In this document: positions 28,536-37,099 of the stretch, piece by piece
Layout of the letters: each line of letters opens with the position of its first letter
Numbering within the stretch: position 1 is the stretch's first letter
From: Candidatus Methanophagales archaeon
GTDB lineage: Archaea > Halobacteriota > Syntropharchaeia > Alkanophagales > Methanospirareceae
Assembly (NCBI GenBank): GCA_028572065.1
Contig: JAPVWK010000001.1
Span: 1-45,008, forward strand
Reading direction: 5' to 3'
Length of the DNA stretch: 45,008 nt
Notes under the pieces: generated by a model
Database searches by the model: none
The model's input: only the letters and a program-made list of their open reading frames with translations
What the model was told of the DNA's origin: nothing
Position numbers and translations under genes: made by a program

Positions 28536-28729
28536 GATAATAAGGCACTGATTTTCCTTCGTCCCGACTTTTCGCTTCGCTCAGACCCTTACGAGTTCGG
28601 ACTACAGAGCGTATCTTGCTCCACCACTTCGTGGTTTCGCGCAAATTTGCTCTACCTACTATCTCTCGCAAACTTCATATATCCGCAGGATGTTATATGA
28701 AATAGAAAGTGTGAAAAGAACTTAAGAAC

Positions 28730-29068
28730 ATGAAACTAAAAAAAATCTCAAAGCAGAAAGAATTAACAGGCAATAACCTCCAACAGACGTTATTCACGGA
28801 AGAACTAACAACGACAAACCATCTTTATCCCTCTAACACAACCCGCCAAGAAATAGAGCACAAATTCAAAAATCAGATACACGAAGAGTTGAAATTAGGC
28901 TCCGTGGTCTCATACATAAGAAACAAAATTGTTGTCATCTGTCCCTCCTTATGTCATTACGAAGAATTTAGTGCAATTGAATACGCAATCTTACGAAAAC
29001 TAATAGAGATTAAAGGATTTGAAGTGGACTTTGTTGAGCATGGCTCGACTCTAAAAAGGAATGAATGA
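28730..29068 (+). pseudogene. Probable chimeric gene remnant (N-terminus resembles a modification methylase start)
   Basis: IHEELKLGSVVSYIRNK resembles N-termini of archaeal amino-methyltransferases, then switches to unrelated sequence; no catalytic motifs. Confidence 0.3.
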
Positions 29069-29341
29069 GTTTTAAAACTATAAAAGGGTTAAAAATGAAA
29101 CCAGCAGAACTATTACATCTAGAACAAAGACGCACAAGCAAAGCCTACTTAGTCCGTGAACTTCACAAGGGCATTCTCCTGGCGAGAACAGGGCTATCCT
29201 CACACAACAGATACCACCCGCCGTTTATTGCAGTTCTGGTTTGAAGGAGACCTTTTCGGTCACAATGCGCCTTTTCAATTCTGGTTATTTCTCAATCCCA
29301 TACACCAAGGTGGACAAAAATAGGAACTATGGTGCATAGAA

Positions 29342-29797
29342 ATGAGAATTGATGTTTTAACTTCTTTGGCGAAAAAAGATAAAACTTTCACCTTCGGAGA
29401 AGCTTTAGAGATAAGTGGTTTACCAAGAGGCCGTCTGAAAAAAGTAATCTACAGATTAGAACAGAGAGGTGCTATTGAACGCATAGAAAAAGGGAAATAT
29501 ATGATCATCCCGCTGGGTGCAGAAAAGGGAAAATACACGTTAAATGAATTCATTATTGGCTCTTTGCTGGTAAATCCTTATTGCATTGCTTACTGGAGCG
29601 CACTAAATTTTTATGGTTTGACCGAGCAGATACCAAATACTGTTTTCTTACAGACAACTGCAAGAAAGAAAAAGCAGGCAACTGAGATCTTTGGTGTCCG
29701 ATACAGGATTGTTAGAATAAAAGAAGAGAAGTTTTTTGGAATCCGAAAGGAATGGATTGAAGACACGCAAGTAAACATCACAGATAAATCTGGATGA
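29342..29797 (+). pseudogene. abiEi: Type IV TA AbiEi-family antitoxin, C-terminally truncated
   Basis: HTH then IERIEKGKY, YIAYWSALN-like CIAYWSALNFYGLTEQIP, KFFG; stops at VNITDK where the family normally continues (EKT..D). Confidence 0.75.
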
Positions 29798-29818
29798 CAA
29801 ACTAATGGGTGATTTGGA

Positions 29819-30139
29819 ATGATACCTTCAAGAGAGATAAGAGAGAAAGCGAGGGAGTGTGGTGTTCCCGAAACAACGGTTGAAAGGGACTATGCTCAGA
29901 ATTGGCTGTTAAAATACATCCCAACTAAAACTATAATTCTAAAAGGTGGCACAGGGATAAGAAAACACTATATTGCAAATTACAGATTCTCTGATGACCT
30001 GGACTTCACATTGCTGGAAGATTTAGAGGAAAAGGATTTAGAAGATGAGATCAGTAACGCAGTAAAAGTCGCTAAAGAAGAAAGCGGAATAAAATTTGAT
30101 AATCGGACGCAGAAGAACGCAGATATTCAGGATTTTTAA
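29819..30139 (+). pseudogene. abiEii: AbiEii-family nucleotidyltransferase toxin, truncated
   Basis: VERDYAQNWLL, ILKGGTGIRK, YRFSDDLDF; only 106 aa, and the last residues derive from the inserted repeat element. Confidence 0.8.
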
Positions 30140-30334
30140 TATACGGAATTGACGTAGGAGAGTATTAGAATCTTCTATTGAGTTTATAATAAACTGGGTT
30201 ATAGTGTTCTGGAAAAGGTTTATGAGATTGCAATGACGATATAAACAGGAAGTTAAACGTAAGGCATTTGATTTTCTGCGTAAATCTGCGTAAATCTGCG
30301 TAAATCTGCGTCCTAAATAGTTAGAACTTGTACT
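30099..30334 (+). mobile_element. Palindromic repeat element, copy B, enclosing an internally deleted GxxExxY gene
   Basis: Left end ATAATCGGACGCAGA, right end (AAATCTGCGT)x3-CCTAAATAGTTAGAACTTGTACT, both shared with the copy at 32902-32997; interior encodes GxxExxY fragments. Confidence 0.7.
30116..30293 (+). pseudogene. GxxExxY (PD-(D/E)XK-like) protein remnant
   Basis: NADIQDF*YTELT*ESIRIFY*VYNKLGYSVLEKVYEIAMTI* (N-terminus with degenerate G.GflEkvYe motif), then in another frame KQEVKRKAFDFLRK (C-terminus); middle deleted. Confidence 0.75.
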
Positions 30335-30363
30335 TTATAAACAAAAAATCCACCTAAAAGACG

Positions 30364-32685
30364 TCATAGAATGTTCCCCCGCCACGCGCCCCTTAATTCA
30401 CCCAACGAAAGATCCACCAACGCCCTGTTACCATCACAAACGTCAACCCTCTTCGCATCCAGAACCTCACCGATTTTAATTACCGGCTGTCCCGCCATAA
30501 CAGCCTCAAATTTTGATGCTTCCTCTTGCCACACCTCAACAACCCACCTCGTGTTAGATTCCGAAAACAACTTGTAGTCACTTCTTAGCTTCGTATTTAC
30601 ACCCGCAATATCTATAGTAGCACCGAGGTCACCGCCTATTAACATCTCGCAGACGGCAACTGCAAGCCCACCTTCCGAAACGTCATGGCAGCTCGCTATC
30701 AGACCTTCTTGCATACTACCCAGTAAAGCACCCATTCGCTTCTTCAACACGTCCGGGTTCGTTTCTGGTACAACAACACCGTCCAGACCGCTCAACCTGA
30801 AATACTCGCTACCACCCAGTTCCTTATTCGTATCGCCGATCACATACAACAAATTCCCGGACTCTTTCACGTCCACACTAACGCAGTCTCTTACGTCTTC
30901 GCACAGCCCGATACCCAGAATAGTAGGAGTCGGCGGAATAGCTTCACCCATAGCTGCGGATTCGTTATACAAGCTCACATTACCACTCACAAACGGTATC
31001 CCCAACGCAGAAGCCATATACCCGAGCCCGCGACAGCTTTCATAGAACTCACCCATCCGGTCGGGCTTCTCAGGATTACCGAAATTCAAACAATCCGCAA
31101 ACGAATGAGCCACGGCACCCACAGCCGTCAAATTACGGCAGACTTCGTCCACCGCACTTGCCGCACCCCAAAACGGATTGATATTGCAATACGAAGGGTT
31201 TACATCCGCGGTAATCGCAAGTCCTTTATATGATTCTTCCACAGGCTTTATCACCGTGGCATCGCCATGCGTCTCTTTACCTTTTAGCCCTTGCAGTGGC
31301 TTTATTACCGTGGAAGCACGTACTTCATGGTCGTATTGTCTTATAACAGCTTCGCGTGAGCTGATATTTAACGCTGCGAGCAGCTTTTTCACTGTTTCGT
31401 TGTAGTCCACCGGCTCTGCTACGGAAAGCTCTTCGGTCTGCTCTGTCTTTAGTACCGTCTTCGGACGTTCATAAAGAGAACAGGCCACGAGGAAATCGGT
31501 ATCCAGCTCGAATATCAACTCATCCTGTAAATAAATCCTTACCTGCGAAGCTTGCGTACCGTTTTTGCTCGAACGGTTCTTAACAGTTTTGCCTATGGCC
31601 ACGGCATCTACGTCCCATTTGTCGAATATTTCATGCAATGCCGCCTCTTTCTCCGGCTGCACTGCCATTAGAAACCGTTCCTGCGATTCCGAAATCCAGA
31701 TCTCCCAGGCGTTAAGACCCGGTTCTTTTAATTCCACCGTCTCCAACTGTATTTCCGCACCGCATCCCCCGGCATGACACATCTCATTCACAGCACACGA
31801 CAAGCCGCCGCCACCGAGGTCTTTCATGCCGCTTATTAGACCTTTGTCGTTACATTCGAGTATAGCGTGCATTAGCGGTTCTTTCGTTATCGGGTCACCA
31901 ACCTGAACGGCACTTCGGGACTCTTCTTCACCTGTTAACTCGACAGACGCAAAAGTAACGCCGTGTATGCCATCCCGCCCGGTTTTTCCGCCGACCAGAA
32001 CAAGCACCTCACCCGGCTTCGCACGGCTTCTACTCAGGTCGGATTTCCGCATTATTCCCACGCAGCCCACGTTCACCACGCAATTGCCCACGTACCCGTC
32101 ATGGAAATAGACCATACCTGCACACGTTGGGATGCCTATACGGTTCCCGTAATCGCCTATACCTGATACAACACCGTCAAACAAGAATCTTGGATGTTTT
32201 ACGCCTTCCGGCACTTTTTCATCCGGATAATCTAACGGACCAAAGAACAGGGGGTCAATTAATGCGACTGGCTGTGCGCCCATACATATCACGTCCCGGA
32301 CAATGCCGCCTATCCCGGTTGCCGCACCACCATAAGGTTCTACCGCGGAAGGATGGTTATGGCTCTCGAACGCCAGGACATAAGCGTGTTCCTTGTCGAA
32401 TTCCACGACTCCCGCATCTTCTTTTATCACTAACATATTTTGTGGCGCTGTTATGCCAAAGATAAACTCTTTCAATATATTCTTCGAGCTTTTATAGCCG
32501 CAATGTTCCGACCACGATTGCGCTATGCACTGGACCTCTACATCAGTCGGTTCCCGCCCTTTTGCTACGAAATAGTGTTTTAGCCGTTGCATCTCATCTA
32601 AATTTAGCGAAAGTCCCATACTGTCACTTATTAGTTTCAATTCGGCATCTTCGGCATCCCGTAATCTTACTTCAACCCTTTTCAT
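30364..32685 (-). CDS. purL: Phosphoribosylformylglycinamidine synthase subunit PurL
   Basis: QSWSEHCGYKSS, ESHNHPSAVEPYGGAATG, DLGGGGL, SESQERF, LNFGNPE, SGNVSLYNE. Confidence 0.97.
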   Translation of the reverse strand: MKRVEVRLRDAEDAELKLISDSMGLSLNLDEMQRLKHYFVAKGREPTDVEVQCIAQSWSEHCGYKSSKNILKEFIFGITAPQNMLVIKEDAGVVEFDKEHAYVLAFESHNHPSAVEPYGGAATGIGGIVRDVICMGAQPVALIDPLFFGPLDYPDEKVPEGVKHPRFLFDGVVSGIGDYGNRIGIPTCAGMVYFHDGYVGNCVVNVGCVGIMRKSDLSRSRAKPGEVLVLVGGKTGRDGIHGVTFASVELTGEEESRSAVQVGDPITKEPLMHAILECNDKGLISGMKDLGGGGLSCAVNEMCHAGGCGAEIQLETVELKEPGLNAWEIWISESQERFLMAVQPEKEAALHEIFDKWDVDAVAIGKTVKNRSSKNGTQASQVRIYLQDELIFELDTDFLVACSLYERPKTVLKTEQTEELSVAEPVDYNETVKKLLAALNISSREAVIRQYDHEVRASTVIKPLQGLKGKETHGDATVIKPVEESYKGLAITADVNPSYCNINPFWGAASAVDEVCRNLTAVGAVAHSFADCLNFGNPEKPDRMGEFYESCRGLGYMASALGIPFVSGNVSLYNESAAMGEAIPPTPTILGIGLCEDVRDCVSVDVKESGNLLYVIGDTNKELGGSEYFRLSGLDGVVVPETNPDVLKKRMGALLGSMQEGLIASCHDVSEGGLAVAVCEMLIGGDLGATIDIAGVNTKLRSDYKLFSESNTRWVVEVWQEEASKFEAVMAGQPVIKIGEVLDAKRVDVCDGNRALVDLSLGELRGAWRGNIL

Positions 32686-32810
32686 TGTTTCGTCCTTTTA
32701 TAATCGGTTACACAGATATTCTACACGGAAACATATAGTTTTTATGGAATTATGTTTTTTCGCTAACCACAGATTAGGGAACTCCTAGTAAATAGTTTAC
32801 CCATTTTGAT

Positions 32811-32997
32811 AAATATCGTTGACACAGATTTCACAGATTTACACAGGCGGTACAGTCCTGATGATTAAGTTTTTACGGGTTGAATCAAAACAAGAAAAAA
32901 TAATAATCGGACGCAGATGACCGCAAATTAACGCAGAAGAACTCAAATCTGCGTAAATCCGTATGAATCTGCGTCCTAAATAGTTAGAAGTTGTACT
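32811..32997 (+). repeat. Dispersed palindromic repeat, copy C, plus an upstream partial arm
   Basis: GGACGCAGAT (32909-32918) and ATCTGCGTCC (32967-32976) are perfect inverted repeats; tail CCTAAATAGTTAGAAGTTGTACT; extra arm GTTGACACAGATTTCACAGATTTACACAG at about 32818-32846. Confidence 0.85.
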
Positions 32998-33037
32998 GTA
33001 TATACAATAAAAATACAAAAGATGAATAAAACGGCAT

Positions 33038-34903
33038 TTACCTTTTCCGCCTTATTCCATACACCGCAGCAACAGCCAACAATCCCGCAAGCGCTAATAT
33101 CCCCGCGGGCGTTAGTACCGGTACTTCTGCTGTTTCCTGTATTTGCGCCACGTCCCAGGTCCAGGTCTGCATATCAGTTCCATTCGCATTCGCAGCCACC
33201 GCCGAAACGTTATGCTTACCTGCTACTTCTGCTTGCAACCGGTAACTCGCATCCGTTACGCTTTCGTTTGTGCCCGGCAGTAGTGTACCCTCTAAATACC
33301 AGCTCACGCTTACTGTTTGATTCACGCTAACGCTGAACATCGTCCAGTTGCCGACCGTAGCACTAACCTGCGATGGCGGCATGAAAGACGTGATTTCCGG
33401 TGCTGCTGCTTGCTCCTTCGCTTGCAGTCTGGCACGGAGACATGCGTTAGAATCATAGTATTCTAAGTCCGTCCAGGAATCGCTTGCATTGAACCTTATA
33501 AAGCTCACATTCGACTGTATAGGTGGCTCCACCAGCCCTGTGATTTCATATTCAACTGGTACAGGGTAATCAAATCCAGGAGTGGTCATCTTAACACCAA
33601 CTGTGAATTGTTGACCTGCATCCATTGAAATCGGTGCGCTCAGAGGTATAGAGTAATAACCAAACTCCTGACAGTTGCCGGTTTGATGCGCAAGCTCAGT
33701 TCCAAAGAAATTATCCCAGACATAGAACTCATACTGCGCATTGTTGCTCGTGGTCCAGAAGTCAACATGGGTTAAATCCCCTGATTGTGCGGCGGTAAAG
33801 ACACTTGCCATCCAGGCGCTGTTGTCAAGGTAGCCCACAGCCCTTACAAAACCAGCCTCATCCCAGTAAAGCAGTTCTTCATCCGGTACATGGTCTTTAT
33901 ACTCAAGATAGGCCATTTCATGGACACAACTTGAGTTGTATGCAAGATAGAAATAGCCTTCATTTCCCCAATCTGTGCCCCAACTGTTCTTGGCGATCCA
34001 TGCTCCTGTTCCGTCATGGGCTGGGTTGGGATGCGGGACTGAATCGTTCCAGCCTATGATTGATACTAAGTGCCAACCTGCTCCAATGAGTGGTGGGCAT
34101 GGATAATAGTCATAAATAGTTCCCCAAGGTTCAACAGTATAGAACGCACTCCCATTGACAAAAAAACTCATTGTAACCGGTCCATGATTACATACCGCAT
34201 CTTTTATCACATCTATTTGTGAGCCGTCATTCGTTGCAAGGCGGTATCCGTCAACTTTCTTGACATGTGTACAATCATCACAGACACACGACCCATCACA
34301 GTTCAAAGCCGTGGTGTTGTAAGGATTGCATGATTCCAGAACCGAACCTTTCTTGAGGAATACCTCGGCGGCCTGCCAACTCCAGCCACCTGCGTCACCA
34401 GGGTCGTCAGCGTCGTCATACATATAGGTCCATGAACGGTCAACGCATAGGGCTACGCTCTGCTCTGAAAAATCATATGCACTTTCGCCCATTATTAGAA
34501 CTGCCGATTCCAGCACCGATGTAGTCCCAAAAATCCAGCAGGTGCCACAAGGTCTCTGGTCTTTGACCGTAGTCACCTTACCATAATCGCGCCAGTCGAA
34601 GCTGCTGGAGAACTCCTGAGCCTGCAGCGGTTTAACCTGAAGCGAATCCAGGTGGCTCAAGTCCATAGGTGGTGGAATATAACCGTAAAAAGGCTCGGGC
34701 GGATTCTCACAAAACTCAACAAAATCAGGATTTAGTTCAGCCAACTGTAGTACTTCCGTTCCCACTTCTCCCTGCAGGTCACCATCCGTAGCGGCACAAA
34801 TACTAATTCCAACAGGCATGGGCAGTGCACTTGTAACTAAGACAAATGCCATTAATGCCACAATTAATGATACTATCGGTTTTTTTATCTTTCCTTTTCC
34901 CAT
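33038..34903 (-). CDS. Secreted papain-family (C1A) cysteine protease with lectin-like and Ig-like domains and C-terminal anchor
   Basis: FDWRDYG.VT.VKDQ.PCGTCW, WHLVSIIGW, KNSWGTDWG.EGYF; signal peptide; C-terminal VPVLTPAGILALAGLL..RRKR. Confidence 0.9.
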   Translation of the reverse strand: MGKGKIKKPIVSLIVALMAFVLVTSALPMPVGISICAATDGDLQGEVGTEVLQLAELNPDFVEFCENPPEPFYGYIPPPMDLSHLDSLQVKPLQAQEFSSSFDWRDYGKVTTVKDQRPCGTCWIFGTTSVLESAVLIMGESAYDFSEQSVALCVDRSWTYMYDDADDPGDAGGWSWQAAEVFLKKGSVLESCNPYNTTALNCDGSCVCDDCTHVKKVDGYRLATNDGSQIDVIKDAVCNHGPVTMSFFVNGSAFYTVEPWGTIYDYYPCPPLIGAGWHLVSIIGWNDSVPHPNPAHDGTGAWIAKNSWGTDWGNEGYFYLAYNSSCVHEMAYLEYKDHVPDEELLYWDEAGFVRAVGYLDNSAWMASVFTAAQSGDLTHVDFWTTSNNAQYEFYVWDNFFGTELAHQTGNCQEFGYYSIPLSAPISMDAGQQFTVGVKMTTPGFDYPVPVEYEITGLVEPPIQSNVSFIRFNASDSWTDLEYYDSNACLRARLQAKEQAAAPEITSFMPPSQVSATVGNWTMFSVSVNQTVSVSWYLEGTLLPGTNESVTDASYRLQAEVAGKHNVSAVAANANGTDMQTWTWDVAQIQETAEVPVLTPAGILALAGLLAVAAVYGIRRKR

Positions 34904-35133
34904 TTTTGATTTTACACTCCTGTGATACTGTTACAGCAAACATTATATAAAAGCATATGTTGAAAACACATGTTTTTAGCAGATGTTTAAATCATGTTTA
35001 TATAGCATCTGTTTCGTGTTGAGAGAAGTGCAAAAAAGCGTGTGGGCATATGAAGGGAAAGAAGGGGAAATACATAAAAGTTTGTTTTGTACCGGTACCG
35101 CAAAGAATCCCGGGATACGCATCAACTAAATTC

Positions 35134-35931
35134 TCAACCGAACTGTGACACCGAAGCGAGAATAAACCCAATCCCGGCAACTAAAACAATTGTAGCACCA
35201 GACGGTAGATTGAACGTATAAGACAGAAATAACCCGCTGATAGTTACGAACGCAGAAATGAATACCGAAAGAAGCATCATGCTACTCAACCGGTGCGAGA
35301 ACAGTCTGCTCATCGCTGCAGGTATGGTCAAGAGCGCAATGATCAGGATAACGCCTACTACCTGTATCAATACGACCACGGTCAATGCAATAAGACATAA
35401 AAGAATGAGGTATAATCGCTCTGCCGGAAGACCAATTACCGTTGCATACTCTTCGTCAAAAGAAATCGCCTGGAATTCGCGGTGTAATGCAAACACCACT
35501 ACGAGTATAACTGCGTTCAAACACAGCATCAGGATGATGTCCGAAGTAGGCACGGTTAAAATACTGCCGAATAGATAGCCAAACAGGTCCGGTGCATAAC
35601 CCGGTGTCAATCCTATGAGAATAATACCAATCGCCATACCCATAGCCCATAAAATGCCTATTGCTGTATCTTCCGGTATTTTTGTACGCTTCCCAACAAT
35701 GCCCATGCACAGTGCCGATGCGATGCTAAACGGGATAACGCCCAGAATAGGGTCCACACCCAGGAAATAGCCCAGACCAATACCACCAAAGGCGGCATGT
35801 GCTATTCCACCACTTATGAATACAATTCGCTTCACGACTACATAGACGCCGATAATTCCGCATGCGATGCTGGCTAACAACGCCGCTATAAGCGCGTTTC
35901 TCATGAAGTCATACTGCAATAGCTCTATCAT
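35134..35931 (-). CDS. znuB: Zn/Mn ABC transporter permease (ABC-3 family)
   Basis: [54 protein letters not shown]. Confidence 0.88.
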   Translation of the reverse strand: MIELLQYDFMRNALIAALLASIACGIIGVYVVVKRIVFISGGIAHAAFGGIGLGYFLGVDPILGVIPFSIASALCMGIVGKRTKIPEDTAIGILWAMGMAIGIILIGLTPGYAPDLFGYLFGSILTVPTSDIILMLCLNAVILVVVFALHREFQAISFDEEYATVIGLPAERLYLILLCLIALTVVVLIQVVGVILIIALLTIPAAMSRLFSHRLSSMMLLSVFISAFVTISGLFLSYTFNLPSGATIVLVAGIGFILASVSQFG

Positions 35932-35971
35932 TTACTTATAGTTGTACCCATTTGCATATGTTTATGCCAAC

Positions 35972-36047
35972 GTTTTTATGGGTTGAATCAAAGTTAAAAA
36001 ACTACACTACTTTAAATCTGCGTTAATCGGCGTGAATCCGTGTCTTA
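35972..36047 (+). repeat. Partial copy (E) of dispersed repeat
   Basis: AAATCTGCGTTAATCGGCGTGAATCCGTGTC 10-bp-period arm; GTTTTTATGGGTTGAATCAAA matches 32869-32889 (GTTTTTACGGGTTGAATCAAA). Confidence 0.65.
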
Positions 36048-36099
36048 AAAATCTTTGGAAAATGATGCCGTTCGGGTAAATTATTATTTGTGAGTTACC

Positions 36100-37017
36100 C
36101 TATGTCGCTTTCAGCCGCTCTATTATCTCACAAGCCTTGCATATTCCAGATGCCGACGCTTCTCCACACAATTCGCACCGTAAAAGCGGCTTATCTGAGT
36201 GCACCTCCGGCAATAGCCGCAAAAACCGCTCATTACCGCGCATTAGCGCATATTTTGTCCCCGGATGTCTCATTTCAAATTCATTCAGCATCCTCTTCAC
36301 CGTGAAACGGAATGAAAGTTCGGCATAAGGACAATGAACCGTGCTTAGCGGTATTCCCGCGGTCAGAGCATACAACGCGACTTCCTTTTCCAGTACTGTT
36401 CTTAGCGGTTTAATCCGTGGAATAAACTCTTTCCTGCGACCGCCTACTCTTTTCAATCTACCTATATCGCCTCTTACATAGTTAATCATGATAGACTGAA
36501 CCTCATCGTCCAGATTATGAGCAGTAGCAACTTTCGTAGCACCCAATTCCCGCGCTTTTTTGTCTATCAGTTTCCGTCTCAAGACGCCACAGAACGTACA
36601 AGGCGCCTGCTCGAAGCCTTTTGATGCTATTTCGTCCTGTGTAAATCCAAATTCATCAGCGAAAGAGCAAATACACAGCTCTATTTCTAATTCTTTCGCA
36701 ATCTTCTTGGCGTTATTCAGTGTTAACGCACGAAAGCCACTTATGCCTTCATCCACTGCGAGTGCAAACATTTGCAGGTCATTGCGGTTGTGAAAAATCT
36801 TTTTTAGCATATACAAAAGTGCAGAGCTGTCTTTTCCACCGCTTAGTGCTACTGCTATCTTATCGCCTCGCTCTATCATGGACTGTTTCCTCATCTCTTT
36901 CTTCGCTTTCCCTTCTACGGTATCAACGAAATGATGTTCGCATAAATGCAGTCCCGCGTATTTCTGATGTATTATTGCAGTATTCTGGCATCCGCCTTTA
37001 TTGCATCTCACGGTCAT
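36100..37017 (-). CDS. ncsA: tRNA 2-thiolation PP-loop ATPase (NcsA/TtuA/Ctu1 family)
   Basis: N-terminal C..C/C..H Zn finger, VALSGGKDS, CTFCGVLRR, ATAHNLDDE, CPY, C-terminal CELCG...CKAC. Confidence 0.88.
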   Translation of the reverse strand: MTVRCNKGGCQNTAIIHQKYAGLHLCEHHFVDTVEGKAKKEMRKQSMIERGDKIAVALSGGKDSSALLYMLKKIFHNRNDLQMFALAVDEGISGFRALTLNNAKKIAKELEIELCICSFADEFGFTQDEIASKGFEQAPCTFCGVLRRKLIDKKARELGATKVATAHNLDDEVQSIMINYVRGDIGRLKRVGGRRKEFIPRIKPLRTVLEKEVALYALTAGIPLSTVHCPYAELSFRFTVKRMLNEFEMRHPGTKYALMRGNERFLRLLPEVHSDKPLLRCELCGEASASGICKACEIIERLKAT

Positions 37018-37099
37018 TGTCTCTGTTTTTGCGCGACAAAAAGTTTTGGGTGCTATATTCTTGTGCACTTATCTTTTATTTACTGTTAGGCATAAAGGC

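Noticed and set aside
28231..28671. 146-aa minus-strand ORF
   Set aside because: Overlaps the glycosylase and the structured spacer; no recognisable motifs.
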